DNA of 48,401 nucleotides, counting the filler, from Jimgerdemannia flammicorona (taxonomy: Eukaryota): assembly GCA_003990765.1 (NCBI GenBank). It is 2 parts of 2 records of this genome, joined end to end, with 100 filler letters (N's around TTAATTAATTAA, not from the genome) between each part and the next. Parts side by side here need not be neighbours in the genome. Positions count along the whole stretch, not along the records: positions 1 to 24,153 come from RBNJ01001018.1; positions 24,254 to 48,401 come from RBNJ01001019.1. The stretch is one strand, 5' to 3'. How positions within the stretch are numbered: the stretch's first letter is position 1; the number at the start of each line of letters is the position of its first letter. This document shows positions 22,609-35,190 of this stretch, one piece after another. The notes beneath the pieces were generated by a model. That model was not told where the DNA came from. It worked only from the letters and a program-made list of their open reading frames with translations, and did no database searches. The position numbers and the translations under genes are program-made.

Positions 22609-23780
22609 TTGACGATCGATTTCATTGCATAACAAATATTTTAATAAATATGTTACAATTCACTTAGAGTGTTCATGGTGAGGGTGGTGAGTTCGGGACG
22701 GTGTTCAAAGTGGAGTGTAGTTGGGCGAATTTCGAAAGGTATTGGACGTCAGCTTGCGAAAGCTCGAACGACTTAAGAATGACGAAAGATTAACAACCAT
22801 ATGAACCTCATACAGAGTTATTCGAAATACTGACAAAAACCCCTTTGTGGATGACCATACGAAAGCGTGTTGCTTGTTGGTTCCCTTAACCTCATGTTTT
22901 CCAATAGTGAAATGGTGCCGCATTGAACCTTCATTGGTTGGCGATCAGTTGTGTTGTCTCGAGAGGAGCATTGTAAGGTACTCAATCAACAGGTTACTTA
23001 TCGTAATCTTTGTCGCTTGGTAGGTTATTTCTGTATCCTCCTTCTCGGTCGTTATTTGAGAATTCGGGCTGGGTCTTGCCACGACCCTCGAAAACCTTAT
23101 CCTACAAGCACATTCACGTCATTGTCGAATAACCTGTCGGTGTCTTATGGTTATGACCCTGTAAATGTTATTCTGTGACTTTATCTGACCAACATAAAGA
23201 ACACTGGGATTATCTTGACCATTGCGAATGATATATATATATATATATAACAGCAAGAGATATGTCTGTCTGTCAGTGAGGAGCTTGTCGGGAAGGTTGC
23301 GTGGCATGACACAGTAGGAGGGCTATTACTATCTGTCGAGCATTGTTAATTGTTGCTGACTATGGCTCCATGTGTCGTTACCTGCGCGATGAACAACCTG
23401 AATGCAAGTTGGCATCCTATTGTGACATCTGTGCCATACATAGGGATATGTACATCGTTTGCCTACGGTTATTATGAACGATGCTAATAGCTCTCAATTC
23501 CTAATATTTTTTCCATTCATGAACATAAAATCAATGCCATTCTGGCAGACCACCGGGCGGGCCCAGGCGGGAAATTAGTTTCTCCGAGCTTTTCAAAAAT
23601 AAAATAAAATAAAAACACTCATCACAACACCTTAACTGATTCCATTCAAGCGACAAGGCAGAGATTCTTATGCCGGGCTTATCAAAATAGCTATAGCTCT
23701 GGGTGGCAGTTCCGGTCGAGCGATGAACTGGTGGAGTCGGGATAGGAACGAATGGAAGCCCAGTGTACGACCAACTACTA
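22338..23780 (+). pseudogene. Possible highly decayed protein kinase (TKL-like) remnant
   Basis: Scattered kinase-like motifs in the expected order: GEGGEFGTVFK (~22678), ADYGSMCRYLR (~23355), PNIF...NAILAD (~23500-23550), WKPSVRPT (~23755). No continuous frame. Confidence 0.3.
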
Positions 23781-24153
23781 TCTCTATCCGGCGCCTTTGT
23801 AGTTCATGCTTACCACCGTTCATTTCCTCCACCCAAATGCTAGTCATCACCCTATCTGTCGCCATGCCATCTTCCAATTCACCACACCGTCAATCACGAC
23901 GCACCTTGCCCTATCAACCATTCTCTATTCTATGATTTCTAAAGCTTTCGTCCATAATATCTATTACGATGAAGCACGGCGGTCGTGGTTGGCGCAAGCT
24001 GTGGTAGTGATCTCTATCTCGGCGTCGAAATAGTGAAATAATAATAAAAACTCCAAGGCAACGCCATCATTAGAACTTTTGAAAGAATTTTTTATTTGTT
24101 ACAAAATATACTGGTTTCCGTCCTATTATTTTCACGCTATCTCCAACCCCGAA

Positions 24154-24253
24154 NNNNNNNNNNNNNNNNNNNNNNNNNNNNNNNNNNNNNNNNNNNNTTA
24201 ATTAATTAANNNNNNNNNNNNNNNNNNNNNNNNNNNNNNNNNNNNNNNNNNNN
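24154..24253. other. Assembly gap / artificial contig linker
   Basis: 44 N + TTAATTAATTAA (stop codons in all frames) + 44 N = 100 bp. Confidence 0.95.
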
Positions 24254-24317
<64 letters not shown>

Positions 24318-24827
24318 TGATAAATTAATTTTATTTTATTTTATTTTATTTTATTTTTTTATATTTATAATTTTCATAATTTTTCTATATTACTTATAAA
24401 AAATTATTATTATTATTATTTATAAATTCAAATTTACTTATACTATGATCTAAAAGATATATTATTATAGAAATTTTTAACCCTTCTCTCATAGTGCAGG
24501 CAAATTTGCCTGCGAAAACATTTGGTGTAAAATATCTCACTCTATGCTATATATATGCCCATAAGATAAGTACACATACTTAGCCCCAACATAGGCAAAT
24601 ATGCCTGTAAAAGTTCGGAGAGCAATACTGTAGTCTATACTTTATAATATCATAAGCATGGACTATATACATACAAATGCAGGCAAATATGCCTACTACT
24701 CACTGCATATGCTATCTAATCTCTTTATGCTAGAAGCAGCTATTTTATTGGTAATGCGGATGTAGTATACAAAGTTAGGAAGAAATCCGGAAGTCATTCT
24801 ACACAAAAGGAATCGATAATATATCAC

Positions 24828-24951
24828 TCTTCACTGGAATCAAGCTGAATGACCTCTTCACCGGAATCAAGCTGAATACCTCTTCTTCACCAGAATCAAG
24901 CTGAATGACCTCTTCTTCACCAGAATCGAGCTGATCAACCTCTTCTTCTTC
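24828..24951. repeat. 27-30 bp tandem repeat, ~4 copies
   Basis: Unit ctcttcaccagaatcaagctgaatgac. Confidence 0.85.
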
Positions 24952-26214
24952 GTTCTACTCAGCTTTGCTGTTGAATTCTTTTATATAATACTATAGCCCC
25001 TCTGTAGGAACTCAATCAAAACAGGCAATCTGTTCACCCTTTTTGTTGAGAATGACCATGCCATCTTGTCTGCACTCAGCCCATTGTTGATCATTGACGA
25101 TGAAATATGTTGTATTGTTTTGTGAAATTGCAGTGATTTAGTACTGCTTTACTTATTGCTTGATTATTTTCTTAGTCTCTGATCTTGTTCTCTGCAATGT
25201 CAAATCGTATTTCCTCTTCAATGGTAAGTTGTAGATGTTGGAGTGTTTCACTTGGCAATATTACCATGAACTTGGACACCGTTGGTACCTTGTATAGCAA
25301 TTACTACACGAAGTACAATCGGGCCCTGGCTTTGATACTGAGGGATATTAAGGACATTATTAGGAAATAAACTCTACAAATCCCTAATTAAATGATATAT
25401 AGAGTGAGAATTACTTACTGAAGGTGGTGACAAGCAGCAGGGCAGCAAAGTCTGCTGACAGGCGAAGGAAAGGGGTAACAGAGAGTAGAGCAGCGGGCGG
25501 TGACGGAGCATGAAGGAAAGCGGCAACAGAGTGTGAAGGAAAGTAGTGATAGAGTGTGAAGGAAAGCAGGTAACGACAGGAAGCTTTTAATACGACATAA
25601 TGGCAATAAAACAAACTCACAGAACCTTACAACTTACCTCAGAATTCAGTATAGAATTCGGAAATCTTTCGGAAATTATTCAGATGAAATTCATTACAAC
25701 TACTTACTATATTCATGCTCATAGAATGGTTTTGAGTCTTTCTCGCTGTCTAATTTACCTCAGAATCGGAAATCTTATGGAAATCAGATAAGCAGTGAGT
25801 GGCTTAGGTATTTATTATATCATCCTGCCATTCCATGCCATCCCACACCATCCCACCTTTCACGTCATTCTGCATCTTCGAGACTCGAAGACATGCCCCT
25901 TTCTAAAGCAGACCTTGGCTCATGATACTGATCCTGATCCATCCATTTTACTGTGTACTGCCTTGAGGCCTCGACAACCTCTCTCAGCCTCCCTTCTCAT
26001 GCCTTCAGTACTCAAAAAGCATTGCTCCAGACCTCAAGGGCAGCCACAGTGGTGGGGACTGATCATTTACTTTGCCAAGACTCAAGGCTTTGAGAGGCCC
26101 TCTGTCTTCATAGTCTTTAGGGAGCCTTGGTATACAACAAGTTGGGCTATGATGATATGACTAGTTAGTAATGGCCATTAATGGCCAAATATGTCTATCT
26201 GAGCCCAGCTCAAG

Positions 26215-26560
26215 GGTGAGGTGGTGAGCAATGGAGCACTGAGCAGTGGAGTGCTAAGCGGTGGAGTGGAGCGCTGAGCAGTGGAGTGGAGTGCTGAATG
26301 GTGGAGCGCTAAGCGGTGAAGTGGAGCGCTGAGTGGTGGAGTGGAGTGCTGAATGGTGGAGTGCTGAGTAGTGGAGTGGAGTACTGAGTGGTGGAGCACT
26401 GAGCAGTGGAGCAGTGAGCAGTGGAGCAGTGAGCGGTGGACGGTTGAGTGGAGCGGTGGATGGTTGAGTGGAGCAGTGGATGGTTAAGTGGAGCGGTAGA
26501 TGGTTGAGTGGAGCGGTGGAGTAGTGGGGTAATGGAGTGGAATGGTAGAGTAGTAGAATG
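26215..26560. repeat. G/A-rich low-complexity satellite (gagtg/gagcagtg)
   Basis: Visible degenerate short repeats; a second copy lies at 30170-30460. Confidence 0.9.
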
Positions 26561-26692
26561 GTGAACAGGTACAATCCAACATACATCACATGCCAACAAC
26601 TAACATGCAGCAAAGAGATTTTTTTATTACCTATATACACCATACATGCCAACCACTATAAGCCTTTTAGGGCAACCCGCGCTCATCAGAAT

Positions 26693-27073
26693 TATAACCC
26701 TGTGCATGTCAGCATTGTAACCCCCATGCATGTCAGTATTGTAACTCCTGCACATGTTAGCATTGTAACCCCCGTGCATATCAGCATTGTAACCCCCATG
26801 CATATCAGCATTATAATCCCTGCACATGTCAGCACTGTAATCCCCATGCATGTCAGTATTATAGTACCTGCACACCAGCACATATCAGTACTATAATCCC
26901 CACATATGTCAGCATTACAACCCCCGTGCATGTCAGCATTACAACCCCTGTGCATGTCAGCATTACAATCCCCATGCATGTCAGCATTATAACCCCCATG
27001 CATATCAGCATTACAACTCCTGCATATGTCAGCATTACAACCCCCGTGCATATCAGCATTACAACCCCCTGCA
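26693..27073. repeat. 24-bp minisatellite, ~16 copies
   Basis: Unit gcatgtcagcattgtaacccccat. Confidence 0.93.
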
Positions 27074-27629
27074 CTTAGAACCTTGTTCCTTTAACTTCTT
27101 TCTACCCGAAGATGATGAAGCAGACTCTGATGGTGTCAGCTATTATCCTCTTTTGTCTGAGTTTTGTCGAGGCTGACCTGGAAGGATTGGTATTGAGTAT
27201 GCTGAGCGACATACTATCTGCTCAACAATGCTGTTTCTCATTAACTCCGACCACCCTGTGTAATATTTGCAAAGTTCCTCTAAGTAACAGATTGTATGAT
27301 CTAAATATGACTGTAAATGGAAACAGAAATGTTAACCAAACAATATAAGAGAGAAAATAATAGTAGAAGATAAGTAATTGAAGTAAACCTTTACCTTCAA
27401 CTGTAAAAATCCCAATAACACTGATTCGAACTAATATTTCATATTGCACTAATTTAGAGGTAAATTAAATATATCGATCTGCTGAAACCTGTATGCTTTG
27501 TTATAAGCAAGGTTTATGACATAGACCATAACTTTATGATCTGTTGGTTGAGTTTCCAATCTTATTAAATGAATAATAATAACTGAATAATAACCGAATA
27601 ATACCCGAATAATAAAAATGTCTCATACC

Positions 27630-28040
27630 AACGACCTAGACACCGATAACAAAGACCCATTGCAGCTCCTGGTGGTTAAAACCCCTCAGTGCAATCAGCA
27701 AAATTCTATCCAAGGCATCCTTCATGCCTCACATAATTTTTGACCTGTCACCCCATACTTTGCTCGAGTAAAGCTGCTTGCTCGGTGGAGAGAACTCTAT
27801 GAGCATCACCTCAAGCTGATTCATATAGAGAGATCCAATAACATCTGTTCTTTGCCCCATTTGAACCCAGTCCTCATCTTCAATTTCACTATTCCATCTT
27901 GAGGCAGAGGCAATTAGTGCACTTTCCCCCCTGTGAATAGGATAAATGGAGCAAAACATTAAATTGATGCCCTCTGGGAATTCGATACACAAACCTCTTC
28001 CAATGAGAACTAGAGAACATCTTACTACTTCCATAATAAC
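27630..28040 (-). pseudogene. Decayed PD-(D/E)xK/REase-like gene (Mucoromycota-type hypothetical family); upstream exons may extend to ~29300
   Basis: RGESALIASASR...GQRTDVI...EVMLIEFS...K...DRSKIM*GMKDALD pattern resembles restriction-endonuclease-fold C-termini of Crinkler-like proteins; contains stops. Confidence 0.4.
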
Positions 28041-30169
28041 TTATCAGATAGACTCATTATGATTTTCTCAAAGAGCAGTGAGAAAAATCGAATAATTAAT
28101 ATTGCCTTGGACAACTTATTGGAAATGGCATAATCCATTGAGTAGGAATGGAACCTATAGCAAAAAAATTAAGGGAAGAATGGCTGAGTATGTGACTCAA
28201 ATTCTGGTTAAGGGGCGCTATGGTCCGAACTCACAAGTTCATGAACTGATCGAGAGAAAAAAACAAACTTATATATTACAGACAGTGATGTGAAGCCCCT
28301 CTAATCTGCAAATGTCATCATTTAGGTCATCATCATCTTCAACAACTACTTCGATTTCTTGAAGCATGGATGCAAAACCTCTCTAAAGATTCTATCACAT
28401 TTCCTTAACATTTCTCTACAAAAAGATAAATGGAATGAAAAATGTATTTAACACGCGAAGTAGTGGACAAATCAAGTATGTAATAAAGTAAGATAAATAC
28501 TTACGATACCTTTACAGAGAAATTTGATGGCTTTTTGATAGTTCAAAGGAATCTCCCCTCTCAATACCTCCAATGTATGCTTGAAATTGCTCTGCATCTC
28601 CTTCCAATCTGCCACGGTGACATTCTCATGTAGCTTCTCACTAGAAAGATCAACTATGACATCTTTCCCCTGAGAACCATCATAATATTGACTCCGCTTT
28701 CTAATATGTAATTATTCTCATTCGGTGTCTCTTGTCTCTAGTGATTATGTTTGTAAAAAAAAAAAAAAATACAACTGTTAGCTTGTGGTACATAACTACG
28801 ACGCAAGCAGTACAAAGAGATACATACCTCAGAAAACTTGATTGAATTCTAGAATGCTTTAATTTCCTCTCGGGAATGAGATAAGCTGTGTTATAATTGC
28901 ATTCCAAATGATATCATATGCTTATAGAGAATATACCTTAAGATGGGAATCAGTAAGATAATCAATTTGGCTAACAATGTCAGATAGTGGTTCAGTAGCT
29001 TGGATGTGGGAAAGACTTTCCTTAAATGAGAGATGCAATGAAGCCTTATCCCAGAGATCAATTCCCTTTATACTCTGGATGGACTTCAAAAAATTCATAC
29101 AGCTCCACTCATGCCAGCATGTGGTGGCGAAATAGGGGGCAATGCCAGGAGCTTCTTAGCAAGTATAGTTATTACTCATTATCCTGCAATTCATTAACAA
29201 GACAGGTAAATTAAGGAGAGCAAAATATTTTAAACTAAGAGAAAGCATTAAGTAGCAAAACTGATATACATACCTTCTGTTGCTATTATTGTCAAGAGAG
29301 GTGTGTAGGAATCAAAAGATCAGAAGTGTCAAAGTTACTTGAAGGTAAGAAGTAATAAAAAGGAAGAGGGCAATAAGCCCAATTAAATCGGGACTGTTGT
29401 GCAGTTATTGTCAAGTGACTGCCTTTTAAGTTGGGAAACAAAATCTAGGTAAACTAACCATATTAAGTTAGTGAAAGACATTATCTTACCAATTATCATG
29501 CTTGCAACTATCATGTTTGCAATCTAGGAAATTGATCGGAAATCTTACAGAAAATATTCAGAGATTTATAGTGTTAGTATAGTGTTAACTTGCTGGTTGC
29601 ATTGTTCCCCTAATAATGGAGAAATGAGCCAATAAAGAAAACAAATCGAGTAACAAATAAAGAGAACAACCATCTACCTTTATTGTTCCTATTGTTCCTT
29701 TAACAAAGGAGAAATAAGTGAGGCATTGGACTGGAAACACTCATCTTATTACTGGTCTAACAAGAAGAAACGAGCCACATACATATTAGCATGATTATCA
29801 AATAAAGAAAACAGATAGAGCAACTAATAAAGAGAGCAACCACCTACTTCGTATAATCTCCATTATCCTTATGTTTGAGGTCTATTAGCATTGGTAGCAA
29901 GTCATCAGCAACCTTTCTCCGCCTCCCCTCAGTGACCTCGGAAGTGTCCTCAGCAAACTCTCTCTGGGACTCCAGTACTCAAAAGCCTTGCTCCAGACCT
30001 CAAGGGCAGCCATGGTGGTGGGGACCGATCATTTTCCTCACCATGGCTTAAGGCTTTGGGAAGAAGCCCTGTCTTTGCAGTCTAACCAGTTGGGTTATGA
30101 TGATATGACTAGCTAGTAATGGCTATTAATGGCCAATCCTGTCTCTATCTGAGCCTGACTCAAGGTAAA

Positions 30170-30460
30170 CAGTAAAGCGGTAGAGCAGTGAGTAGTGGAG
30201 CAGTGAGTGGTGGAGCAGTGAGCAGTGAGTGAGCGGTGGAGCAGTGAGCAGTGAAGCAGTGAGTGGTGAGTAGTGGAGTAGTGAGCGGTGAGCGGTGGAG
30301 CAGTGAGTGGTGAGCAGTGAGCGGTGAGCGGTAGAGGGGTGAGTGGTGAGCAGTAGAGCTATGAGTGATGAGCAGTGGAGCAGTAAGTGGTGAGCGGTAG
30401 AGTGAAGAGCAGTGGAGCAGTTGAACGGTAGAGTGGTGGAGCCGTGAGTGGTGAGCAGTA
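30170..30460. repeat. G/A-rich low-complexity satellite (second copy)
   Basis: gagcagtgagtggtg-type repeats. Confidence 0.9.
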
Positions 30461-30699
30461 TAATGCAAAAAGATTAGAGTCTTTGTAAAATATACAATAT
30501 ATACAATACAAGACACATTAAGGATGAATGCCCTACGTACATATGTACTGTTAGTCTTTAAGGCACCCGTGCATGTCAAATTGCAAATGAATTTCCTATG
30601 TAGAGTGGAGGGTGGGTGCTGAAAGGTGACCAAGTTGCAGAATGTTGATGACAGATATCGAGTGCTCAAGTTGCAGTGTTGAAGGGCCAATCATGTTAG

Positions 30700-30809
30700 C
30701 CTCATTGCTGGCTGCATACATACCTCATTGCTGACTGCATGCATGCCTCATTACTGGCTGCATGCATGCCTCATTGCTGGCTGTATATGTACCTCATTGC
30801 TGGCTGCAT
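30700..30809. repeat. 23-bp minisatellite, ~5 copies
   Basis: Unit cctcattgctggctgcatgcatg. Confidence 0.9.
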
Positions 30810-30972
30810 TGTTCTCCCCTAATAAAGATAATAAAGAGGAAATGAGATATGCATCAGCATGATTACCAAATAAAGGAAATAAGGAAACAGACTAATAAGA
30901 GAATACCCACTCACCTCGAATAAGCTTCATTATTCTCATATGCTTCAATAAGAGCAAGAAGCCGAAGTTATA

Positions 30973-33900
30973 GTGAGATTTCATTCTCACATCTATGATG
31001 ATTCTGAATTTGAAACCGATGGTGAGGACTCTGCCGAAGACCCTGAAGATGATGACTATATTGATGAATCCATTAGAGGAAAGGAAGGAAGATCAAAGGG
31101 GGCCGAAAACAAATCATCGACAGTGACGATACATACCAGTGATAACACTGATGGTGAGCAGTTTGAGCAGCTTGACGACTTCATTCAAGACTCCAATAAA
31201 GAATCCAAAGATAAATCTGTTGATGAATCCAAAAGAAAGGAAAAACAGAAGGTGCAAAATATCAACAAAAGCATTAAACGAAAGAGAGGAAGACCAAAGG
31301 GGTCCAAAAACAAATTATCGATGATGACACCAAAGGGGACCAAAAAAAAATCATCGACAGTGATGATTGGCATTCAAGACCCTGATGAAAAAAAGGACTT
31401 ATCTGCAGTTCCTGAATTTGCACGGCTCAAACACATGAAGCCTATTCTCCCAAGACATTCCGCCCTTCCCAATCATCTTGGTGAAACCCCATCTGGTATC
31501 GACGTTTTCCATTTATTCTTTCCTGACATAATGCTGAAAACCATTGTCAACAGAATGAATTACTATGCTGTAGACAAGGATGCCAGAAAAACTGGCAGAA
31601 CATGGAAAGATCTAACTATACCAGAGCTCATTATCTTCATCGCCATTTGTATATACTTCAGTATTTTCCACGCAGGCAGGAATCTAGAGTGGCTTTGGAA
31701 TAATGATGTTCAAAAACCAGTGCATAGAATACTTGAATATATGTCCTGTTATCAGTTCCAACAAATTAAACAATTTCTTCATATCTCTCTGCATGGTATT
31801 CACAATGGCGACTACTATGCAAAGCTCGAACCATTGCTTTCCCACATCCGAACAACTTCCCAATCTATCTATCTCCCAAGTTCCAACATATCCATTAACA
31901 AGATAATGGTATAATTTTCAGGCTATAGCAGAGATACATACTGAATGAAATATAAACCAATCAATGAAGGCTTCAAAATCTTCATGCTATGCAATTACGG
32001 TTATATAGTGACTTCCAAAACTAGTTCAATGTTATATTATTTTTTACTTTTTATTATTTTGAAAATGTAAAAAAAATAGATAAAAATATGAAACTAGAAT
32101 ATATTATAGCCCTATACTAGAGATTTCCATAGATCATAATTTTGTCATATTTGGTATTGTTTTTGCTATTGAAAATAATTTTTAAAAAGGTCTGCGCATT
32201 GGACCAGTTTTGGAATAACCATTTCAATTAACACTAAATGCGATATTGGTTAATACTTTACATAGTCCTCTTTGCCTTATACACTGCACCAACACACCTC
32301 AGCATGCCGTCGATTAAATCCATACATACTTGGCTGAGAATTGCATTCCATTCATCTTCCACACATTCCCAAAGCTTGTATATGCCCTTTGGTAGTTTCT
32401 CATATAGATTAAGCTCCAAACAGTGCATTATGCCCTGAAGGAAGCCGGTTTGAAGGCCACCATAAAGTGAAAGAAACCCCTGACATGTGCCCATCCATAC
32501 CTCTGACATGCGCTCGATTGGGCTTAGGTCCGGGGACTACGCTAGCCAGAAAGCTGTTCTCTATCAATTGTTTACCTGGCATTTCCATACTCATTGTTGA
32601 CTGTCAACTCTTCTGCCAGTACATAAAAGCTCGATACAAATTCGTGTACAAGTATAGAGAGTGGGTTGATGATTGGAAGTGCATTATATTCTTTGACGAG
32701 ACCAAAATCAACCATTTTGGCTCAAAAGACATACTCATATGACACCGACTTTAAAGTTTGGTGGTTCGGGCTACATGAATTACTGTGGTGCAGATATACA
32801 GGATATGTATGCAAAATCGAAGGAACAATGAATGCCGAGCTTTATCAAAGCATCCTTGACAACAAATTAAAGAAATTGATTATGTATTTAAAGATCAATC
32901 AGAAATAACTGATATTTCAACAGGACAATGACTCAAAATATACTCATAAATGGCAACGAAATGGTTCAAGTATAATGACATTTTGCTTGGCCATCTTCTT
33001 GGAGTAGTTTTGTAACCTCGGGGGCTGTATTAGTATTACCACCAGTCATCTGGTGAACTATCCAGGATTTGTCACAATCTGAGAGTATTTTTGGATGACC
33101 TCCTTTTAATGATGTAGTAGAGCAATGCTTCTTTTTAATATGGATTATGGTTGTCTTGCTAACATCAGTCCATTCGGCAATTTGACGTGTCACTACACAG
33201 AGCGATGATGTTTTTTTGAGTGTCCAACGAGATTTTTCTCATTCTTTTTTTAAAAAATAAAAAAAGAGATAGAAAAAAATATATATATATATGAGCGTGT
33301 GGAGAGGGATTAAGAGAATAATCATGCAAAATTTCACACTTATACGGCGAATTTTGATGGTCTGTGATACAAAAATATATTTATTGAAATAGTCATTCCA
33401 AAACTGGTCCAATGTGTGGACTTTTTTAAAAATTATTTTCAATAGCAATATCAATAATAAGTATAATAAAATTAGTATCTATAGAAACCTTTGATATAGG
33501 GCTACAATATATTCTAGTTTAATATTTTTATCTATTTTTTTTACATTTTTAAAATAATAAAAAGTAAAAAATAATAAAACATTGGACCAGTTTTGGAAGT
33601 CACTTATATGAACATTTCTCCCAACTTTGCATACCGTCGATAATAGAGAAATCAAGTGGATTGAGGGGCTTAGCAAAACAGCATCTTTCATGGTTCATCT
33701 TATTGAACAGTTGCCATTCAATACTCAGATATTCAATATCTATATGGACAACTACTTCTCCAACATTGCATTATTCAAATATCTATGATCAAAGGAAATT
33801 GGAGCATGTGGAACAGTTAGACAGGGGTCAAAACAGTTCCCAGAACTACTTAAGATTGGTAAAAAAGCAATGCATGATTAGAATACAACCTCAGGCATAA

Positions 33901-34659
33901 TTGTTGATGATGTTCTGGCATTGGTATAGATAGATAATGGCATGGTCACCATGCTAATGACCATTCATGAACTTATTGGAGCTACATAAATGGAAGATCG
34001 TGCACAGCCGGCGCCATCTAAGACCTACTATCAATAATGCCATGCAAGTTCAAGAAATCTGGGGAAACGATACATAAAAGAAACTAGCGATTCCAAAAGT
34101 TATTGATGATTACAACCATCATATGGGAGGAGTTGACATTGCCGACCAATGTCGTGGATATTACAATACACAGATCAAAGCTAAACGGACTTGGATGCTG
34201 CTTTTCTTTTGGTTGTTAGATATGGCAATCGTCAATTCATATCTGGTGCATCAGATGGTCAGATTAATAATGACTCAGGTTACATTCCAGCTCAATATAG
34301 CTTGGAATCTTATAAAGCTTGCAAATGAAAAAGAAAGCGGAAATAAAATACAAAGAAAAACATGCAGTCGTGTAAGGAAAGAATTGACGATAATACCAGA
34401 TCTGCTACCAAAAAAACATTGTATTACCAAATCTCACAACCTAGATCTGGCCCGACTTACCCCTGGTGATCATTTCCCGAAATATCAAGAAAAACGTGAG
34501 GCATGCATCTGGTGTCGTTATCTGGGGAAGATAGGTTACATCGAAATCAATATGCAGAACCCACCACAAAGCAACATCATTTGCCAGTCTTGTAATATCA
34601 TACTATACATCAATAAGCAACATATCTGCTTCACTGAATATTATATGATGAAAGATTAA
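30973..34659 (+). pseudogene. piggyBac (PGBD/DDE_Tnp_1_7) transposase, decayed and split by a Tc1 insertion
   Basis: Acidic N-terminus and AT-hook KRKRGRPKGSKNK; FHLFFPDIMLKTIV..NYYA, WKDLTIPEL, KPINEGFK. After the insertion: IYMDNYF, GACGTVR, DYNHHMGGVDIADQ and a C-terminal Cys cluster. Confidence 0.92.
32006..33604 (-). mobile_element. Tc1/mariner DNA transposon, decayed, with ~220-bp TIRs and an inverted internal segment
   Basis: TA TSD at 32004-32005 and 33605-33606; TIRs agtgacttccaaaact...agttttggaagtcact. Motifs: HTH (33193-32966, minus), FFDETKIN and FQQDNDSK (plus), W.A*SPDLSPIE and VGAVYKAK (minus). Confidence 0.93.
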
Positions 34660-34770
34660 AGTTTAGTTGTCTTGATATTTGCGTATTCATTCTAAGTTAG
34701 TTTGAGTAGAAATTTAATAAAGATATATCTAGCAATTTTTTTTTTTTTTTTTTTTGAAATTGGTACTTAC

Positions 34771-35190
34771 TTACAGATGCTCCAAATACTGAGACATGAA
34801 TGCATAAGCACCATGGACCTTGTTGATCACACACGAATGCGTAAGTACTGTACAATTGCTGTAATAGTTATCAACAGATGAAGTCAATGAGAATTGCTGT
34901 TTTAGTTTCTGAAATTCGGCCACGAGGTGTTGATGGTCTTCGCCAAGGCATTGATGGTCTTCGTCAAGGTGTAGATGATCTTCGTTAAGGCAATGATGGT
35001 CATCACTAAGGCAATGAAGGTCTTTGCAGATGTCAGAGACTGTATTCGGTAGCTCTTCCTGTGCCATTTTCAAGATGTTGACTAGCATGTAATTGTCAAA
35101 AAAGAGATTTTGTATATGAAAGAGTGAGATCGATCTCAGATCACAAATGGTTTGAGCCACAGATGTCAAAATCATAACCAGATGCCACAA
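34771..35190 (-). other. Short ORF with 21-bp heptad repeats (LxEDHxx), coiled-coil-like; probably element-internal
   Basis: 21-nt tandem repeats at ~34925-35020; no recognisable domain. Confidence 0.25.

Noticed and set aside
24154..24253. TTAATTAATTAA palindrome as a biological site (e.g. piggyBac target)
   Set aside because: Symmetrically embedded in N runs; an assembly linker. True adjacency of the two halves of the window is therefore unproven.
26178..27074. Repetitive ORFs (HSTAP-like, VSIVTPMH, GCNADMH)
   Set aside because: Translations of satellites and minisatellites open in several frames on both strands; no independent coding evidence.
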